Part shown: positions 30,965-40,835 of the stretch, piece after piece | Position numbering within the stretch: the first letter of the stretch is position 1 | How the letters are laid out: each line of letters begins with the position of its first letter | Translations under genes and position numbers: made by a program | NCBI GenBank assembly: GCA_963755715.1 | Contig: CAVWLW010000069.1 | Location: forward strand, 32,001 to 96,000 | Source of the DNA: an uncultured delta proteobacterium | GTDB taxonomy: Bacteria > Desulfobacterota > Binatia > UBA9968 | DNA: 64,000 bases | Reading direction: 5' to 3' | The notes under the pieces: generated by a model | The model's input: the letters and a program-made list of their open reading frames with translations, nothing else | What the model was told of the DNA's origin: nothing | Databases searched by the model: none

Positions 30965-31363
30965 CTATCCCATCGTGGCGACTTTCACCGGGCGGATCTT
31001 GTAAATCACGCGAACCTCGCTGGGACTGCGAAAAGGGTAACGATCTTTACCCAAATATTTCTTCGCCATCGCGTCGATGTGCGCATCCGCGCCGTTCTCA
31101 GTAATCTCTGCGACCTCACCGCGAATGGCCACGTGCCGGTACGCGTTATCTGGATCGAGAATGGAAATGGCGACGCGTTTATCGCGCCGCATGTTCTGGT
31201 CCTTGATCCTGTCCTTCGCGGTGTTGATCCAGATGAGCGATCCGTCGAAATCGATCCAAACCGGCGTCACTTGCGGGCTGCCGTCTTTTGTTAGAGTGGC
31301 CAGATGGGCGAAGACCGGCTTGGCACACAGCTCTTTCACGACATCAGGAATATTCGCGGCCAT
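30965..31363 (-). CDS. PPOX-class probable F420-dependent oxidoreductase
   Basis: AHLATLTKDGSPQVTPVW, KDQNMRRDKRVA and LGKDRYP motifs. Confidence 0.85.
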   Translation of the reverse strand: MAANIPDVVKELCAKPVFAHLATLTKDGSPQVTPVWIDFDGSLIWINTAKDRIKDQNMRRDKRVAISILDPDNAYRHVAIRGEVAEITENGADAHIDAMAKKYLGKDRYPFRSPSEVRVIYKIRPVKVATMG

Positions 31364-31393
31364 ATACTTTCCTCCTGTTCGAAAGTTTTTGTA

Positions 31394-32041
31394 TCAGCAA
31401 AAATGATCGTAAAGCTCGGTTAAGTCATCGATCAACAAGTCCGGCGCCGCCGCGATGAGATCGCTCTTGTCACCCAAGCCGTAGGTGACACCGCAGGTCA
31501 TCACCCCGGCGCGTTTTCCCGCTTCGATATCGGTGTCGCCGTCGCCGACGATCACCGCGCTGGCGGCGGACAGCTGAAAGCGCCGCAGGGCGACATGCAA
31601 AAGCGCCGGGTGCGGTTTTTTTTCCGCCGCGCTGTCGCCGCCGAAGATCGCATCGAAGCAATCTTCCACGCCGAGTCCGCGCACCACGGCGAGCGTCAGC
31701 CGATACATTTTGTTGCTCACCACGACCTTTCGCTTAGCACAGAAATAATCGAGCACATCGCGGACGCCCGGATAGAGCACCGTGCGATCGAGCAAATGCC
31801 GTTCGTAGTGTCCAAGAAAAACATGCAGGACCTGTTGAAAATCGTCGGGACTCTTCTCCGGCAAGGCGTGCCTGATCAAATATTCCACACCCCGGCCGAC
31901 CTGAGCGTGGATCGATCGCTCGGGCAGGGGCTCAAGGTCGAAACGGGCGCGGGTGAAATTGACGGAGCTGGCGAGATCGTGACCCGTGTCAGCGAGCGTG
32001 CCGTCGAGGTCGAACATGACCAGGTCAATCCGCTTCTTCAT
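31394..32041 (-). CDS. gph: HAD hydrolase, phosphoglycolate phosphatase-like
   Basis: FDLDGTLAD, KKPHP and VGDGDTDIEAG motifs. Confidence 0.8.
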   Translation of the reverse strand: MKKRIDLVMFDLDGTLADTGHDLASSVNFTRARFDLEPLPERSIHAQVGRGVEYLIRHALPEKSPDDFQQVLHVFLGHYERHLLDRTVLYPGVRDVLDYFCAKRKVVVSNKMYRLTLAVVRGLGVEDCFDAIFGGDSAAEKKPHPALLHVALRRFQLSAASAVIVGDGDTDIEAGKRAGVMTCGVTYGLGDKSDLIAAAPDLLIDDLTELYDHFC

Positions 32042-32164
32042 TCCATTAGATTCAAATTGAAAAAGTTTATGAAGTCAACGCGAATAAAATTACCTTTGCT
32101 CTTCGGGGCCAGGTTAATATACCTTGGGTTGGTGGAATTCAGCAGGGCGCACGGGAGGAACGGC

Positions 32165-33166
32165 GTGAAGCAAAAATTGACCGGCGTTTTCTTCGCTATC
32201 GTCGCGGCGGTTCTTTGGCTGGAGACAGACTCGGCTTGCGGCTCGGACAAGGTCAACACCGCCTACATCTCCACTACTCCCGGCTCCTCGTCGGTGATCT
32301 GGGTCGCTAAAGATGCAAAAATTTTCGATAAGCACGGCATCGACGCCACAGTCATCTTCATTTCCGGCAGTGTGCGCGGTATCCAGTCGATCCTCGCCGG
32401 TGAAATTCCGATCGGCGAAGGCGGCGGGCCGGGCCTCGCCAGTGCGCGACTCGCCGGTGGTGATGTCGTGGCCATCGCCGGTAACGTCAATGTGCTGCCC
32501 TATTATCTCGTGTCCCAACCGAGCATCAAAAAAGCCGAAGACTTAAAAGGCAAGATCGGCGGTAATCACATCGCCGGCACCACCGCGGAGTTCGCGCTGA
32601 AGGTCGGCTTAAAGAAAATCGGCATCGACCCGCTTAAAGATGTAAATCTGCGGGTGATCGGCGGCGCCATCGAGCGCATGGTGGCGCTGCAAAAAGGCAT
32701 CGTCAATTTCACCGTCGTGACCGAAGCCGGCAAGGCGATGGCGGAAAAACTTGGCTACCCGACGGTCGTCGATATGGTGGCGCTGCAGATTCCCTTTCCC
32801 CAGAATGGCATCTACACTTCAACCAAACTCATTCGCGACAATCCCGATTTTGTCCGCCGCTACATGCGCGCCTACGTCGAAGCAATTCATTATTACAAAA
32901 CGCACAAGGAAGACACGATGAAGATCATGCGCAAATATTCGCGTGTCGAGGACCGAAAAATCCTCGAAGAGGCGTGGGACTGGCATACCAAATTCATGCC
33001 CGAAGCGCCCTACCCGCCTGCCGACGGCTATCAGCTAATTCTGCAAGATATGGCGGAAAAAAATCCCAAAGCCGCGCAGGCCAATGTCAAAGACTACATC
33101 GATACGCGTTTTGTTAAAGAACTGGAGGATTCAGGGTTTATCAAGAATCTATCGCGGAACAAATAG
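32165..33166 (+). CDS. ABC substrate-binding protein, NMT1/SsuA family
   Basis: GTG start after GGGAGG; WVAKDAKIFDKHGI and DLKGKIG motifs. Confidence 0.85.
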   Translation: MKQKLTGVFFAIVAAVLWLETDSACGSDKVNTAYISTTPGSSSVIWVAKDAKIFDKHGIDATVIFISGSVRGIQSILAGEIPIGEGGGPGLASARLAGGDVVAIAGNVNVLPYYLVSQPSIKKAEDLKGKIGGNHIAGTTAEFALKVGLKKIGIDPLKDVNLRVIGGAIERMVALQKGIVNFTVVTEAGKAMAEKLGYPTVVDMVALQIPFPQNGIYTSTKLIRDNPDFVRRYMRAYVEAIHYYKTHKEDTMKIMRKYSRVEDRKILEEAWDWHTKFMPEAPYPPADGYQLILQDMAEKNPKAAQANVKDYIDTRFVKELEDSGFIKNLSRNK

Positions 33167-33237
33167 TTCAACCCGTTCAACTCGTCAGCATGATCGGATC
33201 GCACAAACGTTTTGAACTTTTGAACGGCTTGAATGGT

Positions 33238-33693
33238 TTAGATTTTTTCCCGCGATGCCTGCAACACCTGATGCATCGGCTCGACATCGATGACCAGCAA
33301 AGACAATTGGAGCTTTTCATCGCGCAAGTTTCCCGGCACCTCGGTCATTATTTCCTCTTCGAGTACGTGATAGACGGGTATTTTGAGCGCGACGCCGGCG
33401 AGCGGCCCGGCATAGCTCGGATCGCCTTCCGTCACGGTTTCCGCGAATACTTCGACGCCGTTGGCCTCGCCGTTCCCTAAAATCACCGTCAAATTTTCCG
33501 GACCATACTGGTCCGCCAGGCGTTTGATGACCCCTTGGTTTTCAAAGTTCATCGCGCCTGCGGCGGTTCAAACAAAGCACTCGGTGGCTTGAAATATGAC
33601 CTCATAGCCCGCGCCTTCCAGGCATTCGGCGATCACCGGTCCGGGCACGCCATCCCGTTCCCCGATGGCGATGATTTTCTTACCTTTAAGCAT
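33238..33693 (-). CDS. grdA: Glycine/sarcosine/betaine reductase selenoprotein A (151 aa, Sec at codon 42)
   Basis: RBS GGAGGT and ATG at 33693 give [44 protein letters not shown](33568-33570)[11 protein letters not shown]..[18 protein letters not shown], the GrdA CxxU signature. Confidence 0.95.
33513..33563 (-). promoter_or_regulatory. Putative bacterial SECIS hairpin immediately 3' of the UGA
   Basis: By-eye pairing CCGC/GCGG, AGGCG/CGCCT, GATGA/TCATC, CTTTG/CAAGG around an AAAAC loop. Confidence 0.65.
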
Positions 33694-33703
33694 TCGACCT
33701 CCG

Positions 33704-35138
33704 TTAGACTTCATTGCGATCAACCAAAAAAGAACAGCCGTCCGACAGTTGCGTCATCCGGCCAAGAAACAAGCTGCCCTTGGCAATCAGTAAAGCGTTC
33801 CGAATCGCGCCGACGTTGCAAGGCGTCCATCGCGTGTCCCAAGTAAACGATCGCCGAGGGAATATGGCCTTGCGTCGGCGCATAGCCTAGCATACCGCGG
33901 GAGCGGACAAAATCCTCCATTTGGTTCTTCTGAATTTGTCCACGCATCACCGCCAATGCCGCCAGGGTTAGATAGTTTGTTCGCGGCACATCGCCGCTCC
34001 CGGACGGCACCGTGATTTCCGGGTTGTGTAGCTCCACGCCATAGCGATCAACGTCAATCAATTTCATCCCCAGTTTGGCGAGCGGTTTTTCCGCGAGGCA
34101 TTCGGCCATTGCCTGGGGCGATGCGCCGGCGCCGACCGGATGAAACGCGGCGGAATCGAGCCGCATGCAAATCTGCCCAGGCTTTGCTGGCGATAAGATC
34201 GCTGCGAAGCTGCCGAGCACGTCTTCGAGCACCGGCATGTTTTTTTTCAGGTGCGATTCGAATTTCATGCCGAGCTTAGCCAACGATCCGCCGGCGACCA
34301 CAGCAACTTTTTTTGCAACACCGGATTGAACCAAGCTGGCGCCGTGCACCATGGCGTACATCGGCCCGGCGCAAAACGCCTTGGTGTCGCATCCTGACGC
34401 ATTGACGCAACCGACGTCTTCGGCGATCGCCTTGGCCAGATTGCCGCCGCCGCGATTGTACCTGTCGCCGACGGCTTCTTCGGAGCAACTGATGACAAAG
34501 TCGATATCGGCCGGCTGAATCTCAAGCTGCTTAAGCACCGTTCGCAGCGAATGCGCCGCGCTGACTTTGCCGGCGAGATTTTCCAGCAGGACTTCGGCGG
34601 CAAGGCTGGCGTCCTCTTCATGCGCCGCCTCGAACGCGCCGATCATCCGGTCGCCGTCGCGCAGCGCGAGCGCGCCCTTGTCGCAGAGCGCTTGAATCTC
34701 GCCGAGCGATCGCAAGCGAGGCGCGCGACCGATCAAATGCCGCGCTGCATGCTCTTGAAACCAACTCTCTTCAAACGAGACCAGATCAAACTGATCGGAG
34801 CCTGCGAGCAAGCCATAAAACTTCGATTGAGCCACCAGATCGCCGAAGCGGCCCTCCGGCGTCGCACCTTCGATCAATCTCTCATACCAAGGCTTTGGTA
34901 GATCGCTGAGTTTTTCCGGCGCGATATTGCCAATGTAAACCTGATGCGGCGCATAAGCCGTCGCCGCCGCGAAATCGCGCAGCCGCTTCGCCAACTGCTC
35001 GCCCAGCGCGGGCTGTGCGCGGATTTCACGCAGCGGTTTCGATCCGTAACGCACCAGGTCCGGTACATGAGTCAATGAATAGGAAACGCCTTCGATGCCG
35101 ACCCTAATCGGTTTCAACCCATCTTTGAATTCACTCAC
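33704..35138 (-). CDS. grdC: Glycine reductase complex component C, beta subunit (FabH-like); frameshift near 33810
   Basis: [48 protein letters not shown] and PTQGHIPS motifs; the shifted tail reads [16 protein letters not shown]. Confidence 0.92.
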
Positions 35139-35167
35139 GCTTGTCGCCTCTCGCCTGTCGCCTACCT

Positions 35168-35723
35168 CTATCCGCTAAACACATTGTTGTTCAAGAACAC
35201 TTCGGCATCGTCACTGCCAAAAAACACCAGCCGGACTTCCTTGAGTATCTTGTCGTCGCGCAGAAATTGCTCGATCGCTCGCGATGCCACGACGGCCGCT
35301 TCGCTGATCGGATAACCGTAGACGCCGGTCGATATCGCGGGAAAAGCGACGGTTTGAAGACCATTTTGAATCGCAAGACTCAACGAGCTGTAGTAACACG
35401 CCGCCAGCAGTTCCGCCTTGTCTTCGACCGCCGCGGCCGTATACCGGACCGACGGTATGAATCACATGCTTGGCTGGCATTTTTCCAGCGGTGGTAATAA
35501 CGGCTTGGCCGGTCGGCAAGCCATCAGGAAACCGCTCGCGGCGAATTTCTTTGCACGCCGCCAAGATCTCCGGGCCGCCGGCGCGATGGATCGCTCCATC
35601 GACGCCTCCGCCGCCCATGAGCGTGCCATTAGCCGCATTGACAATGGCGTCGACGCTTTCTTTGGTAATGTCGCCGACCTTTACGATTACTCGATCGTTA
35701 AGAAAAGAGCGTCCGGCGTCCAT
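35168..35723 (-). CDS. ymdB: Macro-domain O-acetyl-ADP-ribose deacetylase; frameshift near 35425
   Basis: [21 protein letters not shown] and HVIHTVGP motifs; [13 protein letters not shown] in the second frame. Confidence 0.88.
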
Positions 35724-35843
35724 TTTAAAAGCGCTTCATCGTCCTGCCGAATCTAACGAAGGCAAGAAGCCTCGATCCTTGAAAAATCGCTGTGTGAGTC
35801 TCTTCGGTATTCGCGCCGTATCGCGCGCAAATCGTTACAGCGA

Positions 35844-36578
35844 TCAAGCCAAAGGTGAGAGCCTTTTCAAGGCCGGCAACAATTCATCGTAGCCGTGAAT
35901 GAGACCCCGCGGCTGGGCCGCGACTAATGTTTGTTCGTCGTTGTACGAATGCTCGGTCGAGAACGCGATCGGAATCACTTCGAGATAGCTGTCGCCGACT
36001 TTGCAACCGTGCGCATTGTTGCCCGCTCGGAGATAGCTGGCGGTGCCCGTGAGCAGGATAAGGCGCATCTGCGCCGGTTTATGCTTGCGATACAGATAAT
36101 AGAGCCCCTGCTCCTTGGCGTAATAGGTCTCGTCCCGATCGACGATCTCGTCAAAGTATCCGCCGATGCCGGCTTTCTCCATTGCCTGATGCTTATAGCG
36201 CCGGCCACCAGTGGTCATCAGAATATTGCGCAGACCGGCTTCCTTGCTTTCTTTTAGCGACTTCTCGATGCCGTCAATAAACTCCGGCGGGGTCACGTCG
36301 TAACCGTGACTTTGGGCAATCTCGAGCGCTTGGCGGCGGATCTCGACGCGCTTCGCCTCGTTGAACGGCAAATTGCGATCCTTCTCGTACTCCTTGGCGA
36401 AGATCAGCGGAATGAGAAACAGGTCGAAAGGACCGTCGGCCACTTTTCTCAACTGCTCGAAGGTCAACGGCGCCAAACCGTAGCGTGGCAAGATTTCATT
36501 GGCGATCACGTATACGCGGCCGATATCGGTTTCCACCGTATCGGACATCGTGCGCAGCAAAAATGTTTCAACTGCCAT
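35844..36578 (-). CDS. Divergent HAD-like protein
   Basis: HAD-like layout (ILMTTG, GIGGYFDEIV, C-terminal P..LIHGYDEL) but no DxD motif. Confidence 0.5.
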   Translation of the reverse strand: MAVETFLLRTMSDTVETDIGRVYVIANEILPRYGLAPLTFEQLRKVADGPFDLFLIPLIFAKEYEKDRNLPFNEAKRVEIRRQALEIAQSHGYDVTPPEFIDGIEKSLKESKEAGLRNILMTTGGRRYKHQAMEKAGIGGYFDEIVDRDETYYAKEQGLYYLYRKHKPAQMRLILLTGTASYLRAGNNAHGCKVGDSYLEVIPIAFSTEHSYNDEQTLVAAQPRGLIHGYDELLPALKRLSPLA

Positions 36579-36638
36579 GGTTCTTATCCTCCGGCGGAGC
36601 AATGTTAGTGAACCGTGAACGATCTGGCAAATGCAATC

Positions 36639-36920
36639 TTATTCTGCGCCTCTTTCGAATGGTAAGCGGTGTTTGCGTTCGGAATTGCATCTTTTACAGC
36701 TGGCGACGAGATTGCCCTTCGTGGACTTGCCGCCCCGAACGATCGGCACCAGATGATCCATGGTCAGTTCGTTGGGTGGGAATCGTTCGCCGCAATGATG
36801 GCAAACTCCCGCCCCACGTTTGCGCTGCCACCACGGGCTGGCGCGCAACTCGCGCGCCTTTTGCCGCTCGCGGCGAATCTGCTCTTCAGAAACTTCGACC
36901 AAAAAAGCGGCTGATTCCAT
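36639..36920 (-). CDS. Small HNH endonuclease-family protein
   Basis: CHHCG..LTMDHLVPIVRGGKS..NLVASCKRCN. Confidence 0.9.
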   Translation of the reverse strand: MESAAFLVEVSEEQIRRERQKARELRASPWWQRKRGAGVCHHCGERFPPNELTMDHLVPIVRGGKSTKGNLVASCKRCNSERKHRLPFERGAE

Positions 36921-36923
36921 AAA

Positions 36924-37121
36924 TTATTTTAATTTGTATAAATGCCGCAGATTTTTGAGGTAAACGGCAAAGCCGATTGCAACGGCCAGATACAAAACCG
37001 ATCGCGCGACGGCCCAAGGATCGCCGCTCGCCGAATAGTTGCGAAACTCCCACCCGGCGAAAAAGCAGAAAAAGACCGCCGCGCTGCTGATAAGTATTTT
37101 ATGAGCCGTAATCAGCTTCAT
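36924..37121 (-). CDS. Small two-TM membrane protein
   Basis: Two hydrophobic helices; abuts the HNH gene on the same strand. Confidence 0.65.
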   Translation of the reverse strand: MKLITAHKILISSAAVFFCFFAGWEFRNYSASGDPWAVARSVLYLAVAIGFAVYLKNLRHLYKLK

Positions 37122-37252
37122 CGTCCGTCTGATCTAATCAAGCATATCCGGCGCGCTCGGCGCAAGCACGAGTATGACCTCGTTGCGCCTTGGCAAAGTC
37201 TTGATATAGATTTCCCCAGCAGATCTAGCAGCTCTAAAAGGAGAAGCTCACG

Positions 37253-37633
37253 ATGAACAAAGAAATCATCAGCACCGCCAACGCGCCCAAGGCCATCGGG
37301 CCCTACGAACAAGCGATCAAGGTCGGCGAGTTCGTTTACGCTTCGGGCCAAATCCCGCTCGATCCAAAAACCGGCAATCTCGTTGAGGGTGGCATCACGA
37401 TTCAAACGCGCCGGGTGATGGAGAATCTCAAAGGCGTCGTCGAAGCCGCCGGCTCTTCCCTCGAGCGCGTCGTCAAAGCCACGGTGTTTTTGAAAAATAT
37501 CGGCGATTTCGCCGCGATGAACGAAGTCTATGGCGAATATCTCGGCCAGGCGAAGCCGGCTCGCTCCACGGTCGCGGTGGCGGATTTGCCGCGCGGCGCC
37601 CTGGTCGAGATCGACCTTATCGCGCTTGTGTAA
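37253..37633 (+). CDS. ridA: RidA/YjgF family enamine deaminase
   Basis: APKAIGPYEQA, SGQIP and PARSTVAVADLPRGALVEI motifs. Confidence 0.93.
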   Translation: MNKEIISTANAPKAIGPYEQAIKVGEFVYASGQIPLDPKTGNLVEGGITIQTRRVMENLKGVVEAAGSSLERVVKATVFLKNIGDFAAMNEVYGEYLGQAKPARSTVAVADLPRGALVEIDLIALV

Positions 37634-37645
37634 AATCGCTCCAGA

Positions 37646-38218
37646 TCAAATCCCTAGAATCATTCGTACCAGACTTTGCAGCACGAGCTTGGCGGCGCTG
37701 CCGAAGCTCTTGGCGACGAGAACGGCGCTGTCATCTTCGTCGCCGCGCGGATAAGCATAAATTCCTTTCGTGCCGGTCACCACCCAAGATTTGGGATTGG
37801 CGTAGACCTCGGGTAATTTTGCCACGACTTTTTCTGCGCTCATCTTCACGGCGCGTGTGCCTCTTTGATAATCCTTGTAGCGATGGAACTGGCCGCGATT
37901 GAGCCATATCCCGTCGCAGTGACGGCAGCGCTGTAGTTGAATTTCTTTCGGTAGAATCGGATCGGCAAATATCTGCAGCGCGTCGGCGCAGCGCGGGCAG
38001 TAGAGTGTTTTTTGCGGCAGCGGCAACGCTTCGCGTAAGAGATTTTCATTTAATGGATCGAGCCGATCGGCTTCGTCGGGATCGACCGGAAAAAGTTCCC
38101 ACTTATCGCACCAGATGCCGCCGCACTTGCCGCACTGATCGAGTTGAATGAGCGTGCCGGGATTGGCCCGCGCCATCACCTCGGCCATCTCACAATCGCA
38201 TTGGGGACAACGCAGCAT
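37646..38218 (-). CDS. Tandem zf-TFIIB zinc-ribbon protein
   Basis: CPQC..CGKCGGIW and CPRC..CRHCDGIWL. Confidence 0.8.
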   Translation of the reverse strand: MLRCPQCDCEMAEVMARANPGTLIQLDQCGKCGGIWCDKWELFPVDPDEADRLDPLNENLLREALPLPQKTLYCPRCADALQIFADPILPKEIQLQRCRHCDGIWLNRGQFHRYKDYQRGTRAVKMSAEKVVAKLPEVYANPKSWVVTGTKGIYAYPRGDEDDSAVLVAKSFGSAAKLVLQSLVRMILGI

Positions 38219-38232
38219 GGGCAAATTCTGCT

Positions 38233-39210
38233 CTATTGAAGCACTTGAACTTTTGAACCTTGAACCCAGGGCTGAGGCATGCCGGCCATTCGATACAATA
38301 AGAGAATGCGGCGTTCGATCGGCGGATGGCTGGCGAGCCAATCGGCGATTTTCCCGTCCCGTTCATCGATCCGGCGGCGCAAGGGATTGATCAAAAACAA
38401 ATGCGCCGTGCCGCGCGTCGCTTTGTGAAAAGGCATCGCCGCGTCGCGAATTTTTTCCAACGCGCGCGCCAGGCCGCGCGGATTGCGCGTGTACTCGGCC
38501 GCCGTGGCATCGGCCAAATATTCGCGCTGGCGCGACACGGCCATCGCCAGGAGCCGCGCGATCAGCGGTGACAAGGCGATCAGGATGAGTAAGGGAATGA
38601 TCAACAGAATATTTTTGCCGGCAAGCCGCCGGCCGGAGCGGGAGTCATAAAAGCCGCGCTGGCCCCAATCGGCAAGAATCGCGATGCCGCCGAGAAGAAT
38701 ACTCACCAGCGTCATCAGCAAGACGTCGTCGTTGCGAATATGCGAGATCTCGTGCGCGATCACGCCCTGGGTTTCTTCGCGGTCCAGCAGCGTGAGCAGT
38801 CCCGTGGTGACGCAGACCGCGGCATTTTTCTCATTCGTTCCGGTAGCTAGCGCGTTGGGCGCCGGATCGAAGATGACAAAGATCCGCGGCATGGGCGAGC
38901 CGGAGGCGAGCGCCATCTCCGTGACGATGTTGTGCAATTCGCGGTGCTCGGGAATTTGTAAATTGAGCTTCTCGGCGCCGAGGGACGACAGAATCATGTC
39001 GCTGCCGCCGTAATACGCCGTCAAAGTGGTAACCGCGGCAAACCCGAGCGCAAAAAGGGTCGCAACCGGCAACGCCGGTCCGGCGCGGGCAAAGTCATCG
39101 AAATGGAGGAAATCGATGGCAGCGCCGATGAAAAGAAAAAACACGATGAAGACGCCCACCAGAGCGGCGCTGCAACGCTGATTGTGCGCTTGACGCTGGG
39201 CGAAGTCCAA
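38233..39210 (-). CDS. htpX: M48 family membrane zinc metalloprotease, HtpX-like
   Basis: PNALATG, AHEISH, SRQREYLAD and SHPPIERRI motifs; next to lemA. Confidence 0.85.
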   Translation of the reverse strand: MDFAQRQAHNQRCSAALVGVFIVFFLFIGAAIDFLHFDDFARAGPALPVATLFALGFAAVTTLTAYYGGSDMILSSLGAEKLNLQIPEHRELHNIVTEMALASGSPMPRIFVIFDPAPNALATGTNEKNAAVCVTTGLLTLLDREETQGVIAHEISHIRNDDVLLMTLVSILLGGIAILADWGQRGFYDSRSGRRLAGKNILLIIPLLILIALSPLIARLLAMAVSRQREYLADATAAEYTRNPRGLARALEKIRDAAMPFHKATRGTAHLFLINPLRRRIDERDGKIADWLASHPPIERRILLLYRMAGMPQPWVQGSKVQVLQ

Positions 39211-39242
39211 AGCCGGCGGTGTGTCCAGCGGCAGCCCCTGCG

Positions 39243-39801
39243 CTAGCGGGTAAGGGAGAGATTCACGCGCGGCAGAGCCTTCTCCGCCTCCGCGACTTCG
39301 AAGAACTCGCTGGGTTTAAAGCCGAACAAACCCGCGAGCATGTTCGACGGAAAGACTTGCTGCTTGGTATTATATTGCGTGACCAGATCGTTGTAGTACT
39401 GGCGCGCGAAGGCGATCTGGTTTTCCGTCGTCGTCAATTCCTCCTGCAGGTCTGAAACGTTTTTGCTGGCCTTGAGCTCGGGATAGTTTTCCATCAGCGC
39501 GAACGACTTTGCCCAGCGATTGCGTCAGCGCCGTCTGAGCTTCGGCGCTTTCTTTCACTCCTTTCGCGGCCATCGCCTGGCTGCGCGCATCGATCACTTT
39601 TTGCAAAGTATCCTGCTCGTACTGCATGTAGCCTTTGACGGTCTCGACGAGATTAGGAATCAAATCGTAGCGCCGCTTGAGCTGCACGTCGATTTGCCGC
39701 CAAGCGTTCTGGATGCGCAGGCGCAACGCGGTGAGCCCGTTGTAAGTCGAAATAATCCAGATGCCGATCACGAAAATGATCGCCCAAATGACAAAGATCA
39801 T
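39243..39801 (-). CDS. lemA: LemA family protein; frameshift near 39510
   Basis: IDVQLKRRYDLIPNLVETVKGY and ENYPELKA..ENQIAFARQYYN motifs. Confidence 0.92.
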
Positions 39802-40828
39802 AGGCCGCGCAATCCTCCCAACTCGTCGCGAAACAAAATCGACCGGCTCACGTCGCGTACGTGCGCGACGCCGGTCATGGTCAAAACCCGCTGCATCTCT
39901 TCGGCAAAAATCGCGAACACCCGCTCGACGCCGCGCGCGCCGAATGCGCCCACGCCCCAGGCAACCGGCCGCCCGATGAGAACCGCTTTCGCGCCCAGGG
40001 CCAGCGCTTTGACGATATCACCGCCGCTGCGGATGCCGCTGTCGAGCAGCACGGGAACTTTGCCGCCCACGGCCTCGACGACTTCGGGCAATGCTTCCAA
40101 GGCGGAGCGGTTGAAGTCGAGAATACGGCCGCCGTGATTCGACACGATCAGCGCGTCGGCGCCGGAGTTCACCGCGGCTTTCGCGTCGTCCGCGCCCATA
40201 ATGCCTTTGACGACGACCGGCAGCGCGACCTGCTGTTTCATCCACTCGATATCTTGGGTCGTTGACTTGTGGCCCTTGCGCGGCTTGCCATCCTTCGTCG
40301 ACAACGGCACTTCGTCGCCGATCTTGACCGGCCGCACAGTATCCATAGTGATGCCGACGGCGGCGAAGCCGAGGTCCTCCGCCGTTTTGGCATACTCCGA
40401 AACTTCTTCCCTGCCGCGGTTCATGTACGCCAAGAACACCAGCGGCGACTTGGCCGCATCGCGCCAGTCCTTTGGGAGCGAATTTCGCCGCCTGGCTGAC
40501 AAACATCATCGCGCCGGCCCGGGCGGTGCCTTCGGCGACTTGCCGTTCCGCATCCTTGCTGATCAGGCTGAAGCTTCCCACCGGCGCGGTCATCGCGGGA
40601 AGCGGCAGCGTATGGCCGAACAAGCTCGATGGAAATATCCGGCTCAGCGACGTCGTGAAAAATTTTCTGGCGAAAAAGATATTGGTGGAAGGCGCGCGGA
40701 TTGCGATGAAACGTCGCCTTGGTCTCCGCCGCGCCGTTGAAATGTTTCCATGCCTCGGCCGGCGCTTTGCGCCGCATGATCTTGCGCAGGTCGCGAAGTC
40801 CCATTTGTTCGAGTGGTTTTTCGCTCAT
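39798..40828 (-). CDS. FMN-dependent alpha-hydroxy acid oxidase; frameshifts near 40620 and 40475
   Basis: TAPVG, VVKGI, VSNHGGR, DSGIRSGGD and KALALGA motifs across three frames. Confidence 0.88.
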
Positions 40829-40835
40829 GAAAACC

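Noticed and set aside
31595-32164. N-terminal 190 aa of ORF 31595..33166
   Set aside because: Antisense to the HAD gene; the SBP starts at GTG 32165 after a strong RBS
33568-33570. grdA TGA as a nonsense mutation or sequencing error
   Set aside because: It falls exactly at the conserved Sec position of GrdA and is followed by a hairpin; the other errors in the window are indels
35168-36920. Macro domain + HNH (+ EEP and GIY-YIG elsewhere) as an anti-phage defence island
   Set aside because: Each looks like a common stand-alone family member; they are dispersed among housekeeping genes with no defence ATPase or sensor
39243-40828. Programmed ribosomal frameshifting in lemA or the FMN oxidase
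   Set aside because: No slippery heptamers or stimulatory structures seen; same pattern as the window-wide indel noise
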